Shown piece after piece: positions 41,767 through 53,840 of a stretch of 64,000 nucleotides of DNA. The stretch's first letter is position 1; each line of letters starts with the position of its first letter. Source of the DNA: Octopus sinensis (taxonomy: Eukaryota); the NCBI RefSeq assembly GCF_006345805.1, contig NC_042999.1, positions 60,636,001 through 60,700,000 of the forward strand, read 5' to 3'. The notes under the pieces are model-generated. The model ran no database searches, was not told where the DNA came from, and saw nothing but the letters and a program-made list of their open reading frames with translations. Both the position numbers and the translations under genes were made by a program.

Positions 41767-41814
41767 TGACACCTGATGAAGGCTGGAGAGTATATCAGCC
41801 GAAACGTTGTGTTA
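41767..41814 (+). ncRNA. Minimal type I hammerhead ribozyme motif
   Basis: Helix I TGACAC/GTGTTA, core CTGATGA, helix II GGCTG/CAGCC, GAAA, palindromic ACGT helix III, GUU cleavage triplet. Confidence 0.75.
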
Positions 41815-42291
41815 ACAATAAATAAGCTGAGGACAAATATCCGTCAAATGTGAATAATGTAAATAATGTACATAATTCCTCATCTCTTAAATATAGAAAT
41901 GTAAGAATAAAATTGCTTAAATTTTTATCAGTGGCTAGTATATGAAAATGTACATTTTATATATATATAACAATTCAATAAATAAAACATATGCATACAT
42001 ACATACATATATGTACATACCTACATATATATGTATATATACATGCATATATATATATATGAGTACAGGACACCACAAATAAACGTAGAACACAACGAGA
42101 AACGAAAACATAAAAACAAACAAGGAAACGGACTTGTTTTAACAACGAAAAAACAGAGTACAAGACAAACAATACAAGGAATATTCCCCTTCATCAACTG
42201 CCCCTGGTTCGACTCAATGCGTGTTTGTTTTCCACCTGCCTTCGTCTTTTGTTTATTTTCATAAAGCTTCCCGTTATATATATATATATAT

Positions 42292-42480
42292 CGGTTTGCG
42301 GAACACGACCGAGACATCCGTCTCGCCAACCACACCTCGGTCTCGCGCCATTTCCGCTCTACCGGTCACCCTTTACAACACCTGTCTGTTAGGATTGTTC
42401 TTGCACAGAGGCCATCTGGACTCCCGTCTTCACTCACCTTTGCACCACATGGACTCGACTCTCGTCTCTCTTCATCTAAC
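42292..42480 (+). pseudogene. Penelope-like GIY-YIG endonuclease C-terminal remnant followed by a C-rich tail
   Basis: Frame outside the track: RFAEHDRDIRLANHTSVSRHFRSTGHPLQHLS, then shifted LGLFLHRGHLDSRL and FAPHGLD. This resembles the RF.EH..DI......V..HF...H...P.GLN motif of PLE endonucleases. Confidence 0.7.
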
Positions 42481-44020
42481 CCGCCTTCTCTCTCCTTTCT
42501 TCCTCTCACACCTAATTTCTCCCACCCACCTCTCCTCTCCTGCTCTGGCACCTACTTTCACCTCTTCATTCCTATCCACCTTCTCCGTTCCACCCACTCC
42601 CCTCATCATCACCCCTCCATCGTTACCCCACCCCTACATATTCCAACCCCCACTATCTCTATACATCTCATCCCACCCCTACCCCAAAGCGACCACACCA
42701 CACATCACCATACTACACCACACCACACCACATCACACTACCCACACACACTAGCACTGACTACTCCCCAGCATCCGCACCAGAGAACATAGTATCACTG
42801 ACCACTTCCCAGCACCTTCACCATCATCCACACACTTACACATGCACACATGCACACGTCAATGTCACTAGCCCCCTTCCACAGGCACATACACGCTCTC
42901 ATATAATTACGCACACGCACCTTCGTTTTCGGATCACCACTACTTTATTATCTCCCAATATTCCAACTCTCCTGTGTGTCCGGCATTCGCCATGATAGAT
43001 CATCTCTTATGATAAAAGGCATATTTTCTCTGCCTGTTACCATGTTCGTTTTTAATACAATTCTACAATATAGAATTTCTTCAATTGGAATTTACCTATG
43101 ATTTTTTGAAATACATTTTTATTCGGTCATGGCATATAAATTTCTTTCCATTTGACCCCCAATTAAGCAAAAATTTGAGAAAACTCAATATTTTACGATT
43201 TCCCTCTCCCATTTCACAGGCTTTACTCCGCCTATTACCACACTTTCTCCTACTTTCTCTTTACACACATAGACACGCAAACATATACATATATGACAGT
43301 GACAAACAAAAACGTTTCAAACAACTACATACAAACACTCAAACACACACACACGTGTGTGTTTGTTATTAGTAAAAAAGGCGCCAAACACAATTCACTT
43401 TCTCATTCGAGCACATTTGCAAACACACAGCAATAATTCACTGACATATGGTGAGTAGATGCTAGCCGATCACATGAGTTACACTATTACACCAATTGTA
43501 CTGGGACTGTTGTCTACTTCCCGTTAGTTTTTAGTGTCGAGGAAACAAAACTTTCTCGAGAAATAACAAAAGAAAACACTCCTAGATTTCACAAAGAACT
43601 TTAAGAAACGATAGGAACTAAGTTTAGTTGAAGAAAAGAGACGGATTTAAGGAAATCAGACGGTCGAATTAGAATGATAACTCAACAAAAAAGGTTATTT
43701 GGTTTTTAATTTACTTTCTGTCGCTAAGTTTTCTTAGTATTAATTTGCGAGCGTACTTCAGTTGTCAACTGTTGAAAGAAAATTGTAAGCTAAGAAGGTG
43801 TGTGTGTGTGTGTGCGTGCGTGCGTGCGTGTGTGTGTGTGTGTGTTGTGTGTGTGTGTGTCTGTGTGTGTGTGTGTGTGTGTTTGTCTGTGTGTGTGTGT
43901 GTAGGAAGTGAACGATAAAAACATGTCAAGAAGTGGACAGATGTACATATATACATCCATACATCCATACATACATATGTGTGTGTGTGTGTATATATGT
44001 GTATTAATGTGTGTGTGTTA

Positions 44021-44407
44021 TCTCTCTCTATATAAAGCTGAAGTTGTCTGTGTGCGCCAGGTTTGGTAACCTTCAACTAACACTATCTCCTCCGAGACCC
44101 TGCGGCGCAAGTTGACCAAAATTGAGAGTATGATAGAAGGGTTGCTCTTCCTTCCGTAGAAGATAAAATTCAAATCGGACCATGTTAACACCAAAAATTA
44201 TTTACATCAAAAAGGTGCCTTTACTATGAAAATCCCTATTTTTTACGATTTTTTCACTGCTGTGTCGCCACTTTTCGGTGTATTTCAACCATAAAATTGT
44301 TCACTTAAAGAGAATAACAAGCTACATAATGCAAAATTTTTACTTTTCAAAAATTCCAATTCCAGCGGGTCGAAACAAACCCGAGCAACGCCAGGCGATA
44401 CTGCTAG
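44021..44407 (+). mobile_element. Non-autonomous Helitron-like element
   Basis: 5' TC(TC)TATATAAAG; 3' cccgagcaacgccaggcg-atactg-CTAG|T; inserted between A and T. Confidence 0.75.
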
Positions 44408-44414
44408 TTAGCTT

Positions 44415-44585
44415 CTAAACCTTTTTCTATTTTCTCTCCCTGTTTATTTTTGTGCTCCTATCTGTCGAAGAGCGTAGGCTCGAAACGTAAAAGACTTTCT
44501 CACTTCTCGAGTGTTAAACTAATACATATGTTTGTTGTCTACACACCAGTCTTCGTCTTTTGTTTTTTTATATAAATTCCCACTA
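44415..44585 (+). mobile_element. Short repeat with hammerhead-like motif, family iii
   Basis: CTGTCGA-A-GAGC-gtag-GCTC-GAA-ACGT-A-AAAG at 44462-44494. Confidence 0.55.
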
Positions 44586-46568
44586 TATATATATATATAT
44601 ATATATACTATACGTTGATGGTTGTACTACTACTACGGACTATAGCAAATCTGATAATTATTTTATATGTAATTATGACGATGAAAATGATGTTATGCAA
44701 CAAGCGACATTCTTGTTATAATTATATATATGATAAAAAAAAACAACTTTAGATCAATGTCTAGCTCGAAGTTTTGATTTAATTACCAATATTTAGCATC
44801 TCTTATATATATTTTTTCTTTGTATTGCAGACTGTTCCTGGAGCAACTTGTTCTTTTACATTTTAAAAATTGTAGTTATAATTGACAGATAGTGGCTCAG
44901 GAATTTTTATGTGACATCCTATCGTCTCTTATTTTTGGCCTAAAGGTAATTGGAGAACGAGACGCAGATGTGAACGCTATTGATGACTGCTCAACATGAT
45001 CGCTCGTTTTACCAGGAAATTCAAAGAAATTTTTCTCAAATCACTAGCGAACATCTTGAAGGTGAATGCACTGGATAATACGGTCCAGTGTACGATATAC
45101 CACATTAAAAGACTGGGTGATAATATGTGGATTGTTTTTAATATAAGTCTGCTGAATCTGGTTTTACTGAGGATAATCAACAGCAAAACAATACTGGATG
45201 TTCTGCTATTATCCAATCATATATATTATGTTGGATCAAACTCCGATCCCTTTGCACTCAACTGTAGAATGCGGATAACTGTAGTAACTCTAGCGCAAAT
45301 AGTTATTGTTATAGTCGCTGCTGTGTAGCTCTAGGTGGCCCTGATCGAATATTTCGAAGAATAAATACGCTTTAGGGGTGACCATCTTGTCTTTTATAAA
45401 ATTCGCCATTACTTGATTATTTCAGATATTCCGTTTTTTCAAAGTTGGCCTGTCCAAAGCATTTTCATAATTCTTTTCTAAACGTCCATGCTTGTTTTCA
45501 GTCATTTTCTCAACCCTTCTTTCATACCTTCAAAGTAATATAAAACTTTCTTTTTATAAGCTTCTTATTACTTAGGTTTTTAAAAGAAATTGTGAATGTG
45601 ATCATAAATGATGCATGGATGCTATGGATATGTGTCTTGTATGTCAGATGTGATACACAAGACAGCTAATGTAGTAATGGAGTACTGATTTGAGGAAATT
45701 ATGGGTGCTGTTTCCAGCTGGTTATGCGACAGCGTAGTGGATATCTCAACTGTTCGAACGGTATAAATGCTATAAATATAATCGCCACTAGCCGTGTCAG
45801 AATGTTACTCTTTTATTTGGTTTTCAATTTAAATTTCAGTAAAATGCTTTCTTAATCACTCGCATTTTCACCCGTTCCTTGTATCATTTCTTTCATCAAA
45901 TTGATCTCAGGGGTGCCCATCTATCGGCTAAGGATTTGTTTATCTAATCCCTTTTATTAAATTCAACTTTAAAATAAGTACCTTATTTTTATCTTTTACT
46001 GGCTTCAGTTATTGAACTGCGTCCATGCTGGGGCACTGCCCTGGGGTGTTTTACTTGAACAAATGGACCCCATTACTTATTTTATGTCTTGTAATTGCTA
46101 TATTGATATCTGTTATCGAACTGCTTATAGGGTCGTAAGGAAGCGAAATTTGACCACCATTTGTTGGGAGGTGTGAAAATTGCAGACACAGACCCAGACA
46201 CACGCAAACACACGCATACACACAAACAACACGAGTGTTTATGGTGGTGGTGGTGGTGGTGGATGTCTGAAAGCGCGTGGTCAGGTGGTTTGGTCCTTGA
46301 ATTCACAATCTCAACATTGTAGTTTCAAATCACAGACGGAAACACTTCATTTCGCGTTGCTTTAGTACTTTCAGTTATGAATGAGTAAACCAGAGATGAA
46401 TTGGCATTCTGCTCAGGGTGATTGTTGTCCTGTCCAATAAGCCAGTAGGGTGACTTTATTCAAAAAAGTTACAATAATGAGAGAAAGAGCATTGTGACCC
46501 GCGGTGTATAAAACTTCCGATATCTTGCTCATTACAGTAACACACACCACACACACACATGCATATAT

Positions 46569-46741
<173 letters not shown>

Positions 46742-46744
46742 TCG

Positions 46745-47075
46745 TGGAGGTTGCATGGCTCAGTGGTTAGAGCATTTGGCTCACTGTCATGAAGTAGTGT
46801 GTTCGAATCTCGAACCGATCTGTGAGTCATGTTCTTGAGCCAGACATTTATTTCGCGTTGTTCCAGTTCAATCAGCTGTAGAAATGAGTCGTGACGTCAC
46901 TGGTGCCAAGCTGTATCGGTCTTTACTTTTCCCTTGAATAGCATCGGTGGCGTGGTGGCCGGTATGTATGGATAGCTTATGTTCTTTCAAAAATAAGCTT
47001 GCCTGGACTTGTACCTCGGAGACGAACTTTCTAGGTGCAATCCCATGGTCATTTATGACCTAAGGGTGTCTTTAC
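46745..47075 (+). mobile_element. SINE family C
   Basis: Aligns with 22507-22845. Confidence 0.9.
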
Positions 47076-47235
47076 CCTGTTTTTATACATGCACCAGGTT
47101 GCGTCAAGAGTTTTGGCAAATTTACCTCCATGTTATATCATTAAATTGATACATACCCAATCATTGCTGAACGTCGTATTCCTTATTTTCCTGTATGACA
47201 TAAAATCATTAATTGTTTATTTTAAATATTTGATA

Positions 47236-48045
47236 ATGAGCAGTGAAAACATTGCAATTAGAAACATTTTGCGTTACTTATGGATAAAGAGATAGAGTGA
47301 ATGGTGAGCAGCAAAAAGAAATGAATGAAACGGAAGGCCCGGCAACTGTCAACGAACGTGTGAAACAAAACTGGCTCAAGGAAGGTGACAACAGCCTCAA
47401 AGACAAACCCAGGTCAAGGTAACCTGATGTGGAAGATAAAGCCTTGCTTAAAACCGTTGAGCAACAGCCAATGGCAAGCACTCCGATATTATCGGCAGAT
47501 ATTAGTCCTTCACAAAGCATCATCAGCGTCGTGTTGAGAATAAATTCTGTCGTGAAGCCCTTTGTATATTGACCAATGATCAGGCTCAAAAACGTGTGAA
47601 AATATACGAAGAACTGCTGACAAAATCTTGAGATGTGCGTCTTTTTTGGCGTTGAAGTATAACCGCAGATTGAAAAGGGATCTATTTCCATAATATTGTG
47701 AAGAGAGATCGGTGGCTTTGTTACGACTAGTCTCTAGAAATTGTTGTCAAAGCAGGGTAGTTTGAACATTTGGTAAAGTTGTATGCTTACTGGGATTTTG
47801 AGGGGTTGCTGTACATTGAGTTTGTCGGAGATGGTCATGCTGGGAACGCTAACCTTTTTCAATAAATCCGGTGGGTATATGATATTTTTAAAGACTGGTG
47901 CCTGGCCCTGGTCAATCGAAGTCGCGCACTTCTACAGCATGAGATTGCCTCAACACATATTGCCAGTCTGACCCAGTGCATAACTGAGGAACCCGAAGGC
48001 CGAGAACAGCTGATCCACCCTACCAACAATCCAAACCACGCAAAA
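47236..48045 (+). pseudogene. Mariner transposase relic (HTH to catalytic domain)
   Basis: MSSENIAIRNILRYLW; EGPATVNERV..NW..EGDNSLKDKPRSR; SITAD.KG.YFHN; YWDFEGLLYIEF; LVNRSRALLQHEIA..H; EQLIHP. Many stops and frameshifts. Confidence 0.85.
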
Positions 48046-48250
48046 AACTCCCTGATTAGGTTTTCAAACTTATCCACATTGCTGAACCTCCGCGCCATAC
48101 AGGAAATGAGCCATGGCTCGTAAAATGTGGTAATACGGTAGGTGCAATGTCTGGATAGTAGGGAGTGGGAGGCAGCACTTCTATCGCTTCAAGTTCCTCA
48201 ATTATGCACTAGGACAAATTGGCAGATTATGGGATACATCTTGAACGAAT
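48040..48250 (-). pseudogene. Second mariner fragment in the opposite orientation
   Basis: IEELEAIEVLP.TPYYPDIAP../YHILRAMAHFL/RRFSNVDKFENLIREFFA, matching the HPPYSPDLAPSDY region. Confidence 0.75.
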
Positions 48251-48308
48251 GCATTTCGCATGCAATTTGTTTGACCTATTAAAAAGGAATTACAAACATA
48301 TTTGATTC

Positions 48309-48383
<75 letters not shown>

Positions 48384-49894
48384 CACGGATTTCTACTGAG
48401 CTTCTGTCACAAGCCATTAGTAAACTCATGTCTATGCCTGAAGACACTAGCTCAAGCGGCCGCATTGTTGGACTGATATTTTGAAATCACGTTGTAGCAA
48501 AGTGAGTTTCTTTTTACATAACAAATTATCCATAAAATTGCGTTGTGTATTAGATATATTTTGCTAAGAAGGATGATTTCTGCACACGTTAAAATATCTT
48601 TGTAGTTGTAGTTGTTATTGCGAATATCTTTTTTAAAAAATCTGCTTATTTTGGGTATGTGCGTACAAATTCCATATTGAACTGCAATTTACCGAGGTAT
48701 ATAGTGACAAAATACTATCACCCAAAGCATATTTTTTATTGAGTATTCAACCGATAGACAAATAAGGGGCAAACTAGCAAAGCTGTTTAAGCGTCAGGCG
48801 AAATCGTTCTAGTGTTAAGAGTTCAAATCACACCGTGTATTACCTGGGTGACAGTTTTAATTCCTCGATTTCTTTTTTTTTTTTTGTCCTTTTGAATACA
48901 CATTTCTCCGTTTTGATGATTTTAGGTGTGCCCCATTTTATTGCAATCTTTAAGACAGTAATCCGGTTTGCGTTTGCCTTCCTTTCTGCCAAGCGCAGAA
49001 ACGTTTTAAAGGAGTCTGAATAAAAAATATTAAAATCTTTTTACCCACAAATCTGACCTGATAGGCTAAAGCTATCTTGAAAGGCACCACTCTTTGTGTA
49101 TTCCAACATAGTGTATCTCTACCGCAATTCAGTGTGTCCATCCATTATAAAAGATAATACATTTTATCTAATTCGAAAACATTTCTAATATTATCAACAG
49201 CTCAGGATATACATTTTTTGCTCCCTAAAATTATGTATTCGTAATTGCCAACTGAAACTTATTAATGTAAGGAGAAAAATAAATTCTTATAGAATAAATT
49301 AGTTAGTATTATGTTTTGTTCCTTCAAGGAGGATCATAAGATCGAAGAGCTAAATCGTCATTTATACCGAAAAGTTCAGTGGTGTTAAGTAATGCTAAGT
49401 AAAAAGAACCAAGATTATATACTTAAATTAGTTTTTATTGAAAAGTGACGTTTTAAGTATACGATAAACAATTATGATTTTCATTATACTTCTTCGATAT
49501 ACATATGAAATCGTCAAGAAGATAATTTATTCTATTAACGTTACTATTATATTGTTACAAAATTCATATTTACCACAGATGATAAACTGAGCTTCAATTG
49601 GTTACTTTACTCTCTTCGAATTAGTCATCGTGGCTCGAAGAACTACTCAAATTATAGGCTGCTGTCGAAAAGTAGCTTATTTCGAAGGTGAATGCAAATT
49701 TATATGATTTAGTCTGAAAGAACTTCCGTCTTCGCGGTGTTTGTAGACAGTTGTCGTACGTGGGATGTAAGTGATTGATGTTGCAAATAGAGGATATTGC
49801 AAGACAAAGTAAGCGTAACGGGTGATACATATCAGATTTATAACATCCTGATTCTCATGAAATCTAGTTTTATTATTTTTATCATACCTAGCGA

Positions 49895-50095
49895 AGGTAC
49901 CTGACCGAATCCTTTGGCACGCCGGGCAAAATGTTTAGTGGTCTTTCGACCGGTTTGACTTTGTGAGTTCTAATGACGCCAAATTTGACTCTGCCATTCA
50001 TCGGTCGGCATCGATAAAACAGTTCAGCCATGGGTCGATGTAATCGTCATCTCATTCACGTCAGAATCGCGGGCTTGGTACCAAAAGTAGAATGA
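49895..50095 (+). mobile_element. Degenerate SINE family A
   Basis: ggcacgccgggcaaaatgtttag...gggtcgatgtaatcg. Confidence 0.6.
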
Positions 50096-53000
50096 ATACC
50101 TTTATCACTAGTACATCGGAATTTGAAGTACGCGTGACGGCAATAATGCTCAGGTATTGAAAACTACTGAATACTAAGTGTAGTTTTAAAGACAATCAAT
50201 CTGTGAATCTAAAATTAGTTATCTAATTTTAAGTGGCAAAACGTCATTGAAAGTTGGTTTAATGATGCAAACTTAATTTCTTTTAATCTTACAATAGTTA
50301 TCATACTGAACGGAAGCGTAACCTTGATATATACATGTAGTATAAACGCCATACTGCTTTTACTGTAAAACATATTTTTGTCAAACTCTGATGGAAATCT
50401 CCTAAACCAGCCAAGATTTTATTTAAGTTTTCAATGCCTAACTTGTTAATAATCCAACGTTCAATTATCAATTCAATGAACCGTTAATAAGATATGGGGA
50501 ATATTTCTGTAGCTAATGACAGAAGAATTGCATTGAAATAGCTTTCATCTCAACGGATATACAAAGTGAATTAAATATATTCCTTGTGTATGGGGAAAAG
50601 CTTTCATATATGCATTTAACCAAAAGTAAAATTAATAACTTTAATTATAAAATACTGGAAATTGGTATTCTTATAACAAAACGACTTGTATATAAATCGA
50701 TGCACATCACGAAAGAATTAATATTGTTCAGAAATTAATATTTAATTTCGATATCAATTATGGAAATTACATTTTATCCTTCGCCTGTTTCTAAGTTAAT
50801 TGTTCTCTAGGTTGTATTAGCATAAAATGCACCTTAACAAAGTTTGTAACCTATTTGACCTTTCATTTCACCTCGTAAATGCAGTGCACGAGTGCAATGT
50901 ATATCAATTTAATATCCTCCGGCGTCCCCAAATATTTCAGTGCTTTAGGAAATGGATTAGGAAAACCACCAGAGCTCAAACCCAGACTTATGTACAGCTG
51001 ATGTCTCAGTAAAAATGACTCAAATATATATAGCAAATGAACAGATAATATACTGCTGATTTCTTAAAACTATCATGGGTCCTTATATTGCCGATGAATC
51101 GATATGAGTTCATTGTAGAACAAGATTTTATTGAGTTCGATAAGTATCGAGAGCAGAACATAAAAAACGAACCTAAATACTGTAGGATTTCAAATTCAAA
51201 GTTTTATCAGCGGTATCACATCTTCATTGCTATTACGTATAGTATTGTTTGATTTAGAGTGTTCCATCATAACACACAAGATATATAACGATTCAAAAAA
51301 TTGTTACCCTTATGACAAGTATGATAGGAACAGAATGATTTATGTTTATCTAGTTATTCAAGGAAATTAAAACATGTTACGTTAGTTATGAAATGCTCTA
51401 ACATACACAGAGAAAAATGATAGCGAAAACACTAATTTTTCTCTAAGCTACTCCACAAAAATATGTAGGTTATTACAGGTGGCTAGCATACACCCATAAC
51501 ACTAGTGAAGGTCGAGATATGATTTACAGCAAATTTTATATCAATTAGAATCACCAGTGAATAGTCTACTTTTATAAAGTTTTCTAAGAAGTTTTTGAAG
51601 GTCAAAAATGGTTTGGTTTTTAAGGGAAATATTCAAGAAACCATCGGTGTTTCCTTATTTTATTGAAAACTTCATTGTCAAATTTACGACACTTTTAACA
51701 AATACTGTCTTATTACGGCTTCGTGACTTAGCAAGACGGTATCAATGAATAAAAGGAAAACAGAAACGAAGATACCCGGAAGGAGGAAGGTCATATGTTT
51801 AGACGTCACCTCATTGTTTCTGGGATGCGACTTGAATGGCATCTTAGATGCTTGCTAATTTTATGTATCTTATACGAGAGTGAAACTTAATAACTTGTGC
51901 CGCTAGTCAAGCGAATTCCACTGTGTACCGAATAGAGATTGTTTCTTTACCATGAATACCTATGCGGATATGGATGAACGTCACTGAATCCTATAGACTG
52001 TATAAAAAATTCATTTATAGGGAGGATATGACACCAAATATTTTGGCTAATCGACTAAGCACGCCACAAGTTTATAATATGCATTGTCAACCTACATAGG
52101 ACTAGAAAGTAAGTTGCGTTAGAAAATATTGGTGTAGGAGGTTAGGTTACTAGGAAGCGAATCATGATCGACATTTCAGCGGCAGAGATTACTGTCGACT
52201 ATGTCGCCGACGCGAAGCATAAAAGCTGTTTTATCAGAATTAGAGTCCCACATCTTAATTAAAGAGAAAGAAAGAAATAGAGTTAGAAGGAGAGAGAGAC
52301 AAACAGAGAGACACAGAAGGAGGGTGAGAGAAAGAGAGAGAGGGAGAGAAAACATTGTCGTATCAGGTGAATGCAGGCTTCTAGCAGCAATTCTCCAAAT
52401 TCTTTTGGAGTTCACATTTTGCTCAAAATTCAGAACAGCATTTTATAATGCTCTCTAAGAAGTTTTTGAAGGTCAAAAATGGTTTGGTTTTTAAGGGAAA
52501 TGATGGTGAGATGTGGTTGTGGAAGGAGAATTTTTCGGTTTAAAATGAAATACCCTATGACTTACGAGCTTAGTGAATGCATACCATAACTGGGAAACGC
52601 ATTGCGAATATCCCCAGCTGTATTAAACAAATAGGGGTGGAACGTTTGAACTAAGACCCGAACACAGGATATCATGAACAACTTACATCTCATGAAAGCA
52701 GAAGTTAAGATTTTTTAAAGATGTTTGTGAAGTTGTTGGTGTTTGTCTCGATTTTGTTGCCAAGATTACGCGTATTTGTATCATTTCAGGTAAATCTTTC
52801 CATGACCCATTTTGTATGGAGGTGGGTACAAGATCCCCAACATATTTAGATTTAATTAAATGCTTAGATATGATTTCGGTAATGAACATGACGTTGCACT
52901 GTGCGTTTGGTTTCTGCCCCGTTTTTTTTTTGTGGCTGATCGGTACGTCTAGGTTTTCGTCTCCAAGTGTTCCCGTATTGTGGTATTTTGACAACTGATG

Positions 53001-53345
53001 CGCAAACTTATGCGTTGATTGGTATCCCATTGGAACTGAAGCTCGTTCCTCTCTGCATTAACAATTATTCCATCACAGTAAGGCTCATCAGAATGATATA
53101 AGTTGTCGGAACCGTACGGAATAATATCATGTGATAAGAGGAACACGTAATATCCGGAAGAGTCAGAGGGGTTAGAGCCCAGCAGCTATAGAAGAAAAAT
53201 CGATAGCTGATAGAGTCGCCAGCCGCAAAACCAGTGGTTCTATTCAGATGATTAATATCATGCTGAGAGCTGGCATGTAAGTGAATCCATGCCCGAACGA
53301 TGATAGCGCACGGATCAGCTTCACTCAAAAGTAGATTGACAGGAA

Positions 53346-53440
53346 GCTATTTCTTATTTCTTTATTGCCCAAAAGAGGCTAAACGTAGAGGGGACAAACA
53401 AGGACAGACAAACGGATTAAGTCGATTATATGGACCCCAA
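53346..53440 (-). mobile_element. SINE family A 3' fragment
   Basis: ggggacaaacaaggacagacaaacggattaagtcgatta is essentially identical to the 23.7 and 24.9 kb copies. Confidence 0.85.
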
Positions 53441-53481
53441 AACGATGTTATCTTATCTGTCAGCTCACCATCTTCCCACCA

Positions 53482-53840
53482 TCTCTATATAAATAAACAG
53501 CAAAATGTCTGTCTGTGTGCGTGTCCTTTATACAATTTTTCAGTTAGAGGGCTCGCACTTTCTATGGTCATTCAAAACCGTCCAAGGGTGGTCGTGCACA
53601 TCTTTACATTTCCCCAGTCACCCAGCAAAGCCATTAAAAATCAATCGAAGTGACTTTTTTATGAATTTTCTATCCAAAACCCAATCAAAATGCCCGAAAC
53701 TTGATACGCCAATTGAATGCCAGCTAGCTTTATGTGATTGGTCGGAGATTTGGACAGTACTCGCGTGTATGTGCGCAAGCACGCAACTGTATATGCATGC
53801 AGTAGCACTATGACCCGGCGTTGCCGGGTCATAGTGCTAG
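53482..53840 (+). mobile_element. Non-autonomous Helitron-like element
   Basis: A|TCTCTATATAAA ... perfect 17-bp hairpin TAGCACTATGACCCGGC-gtt-GCCGGGTCATAGTGCTA, CTAG|T end. Confidence 0.75.

Larger units (their letters stand above)
41303..41900. mobile_element. Foldback element: hammerhead body (-) / (ATT)n / tRNA-like head (-) / (TAA)n / hammerhead body (+)
   Basis: 41303-41477 and 41719-41900 are reverse complements of each other; head at 41571-41651. Confidence 0.85.

Noticed and set aside
44977-45328. ORFs on both strands; faint mariner-like HPPY/SP echo on the minus strand
   Set aside because: Too degenerate to call by eye.
52683-53328. Three overlapping minus-strand ORFs with faint Tc1/IS630-like words (SDE, KYHNTGTLG)
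   Set aside because: Motif order is inconsistent with a transposase and the similarity is too weak.
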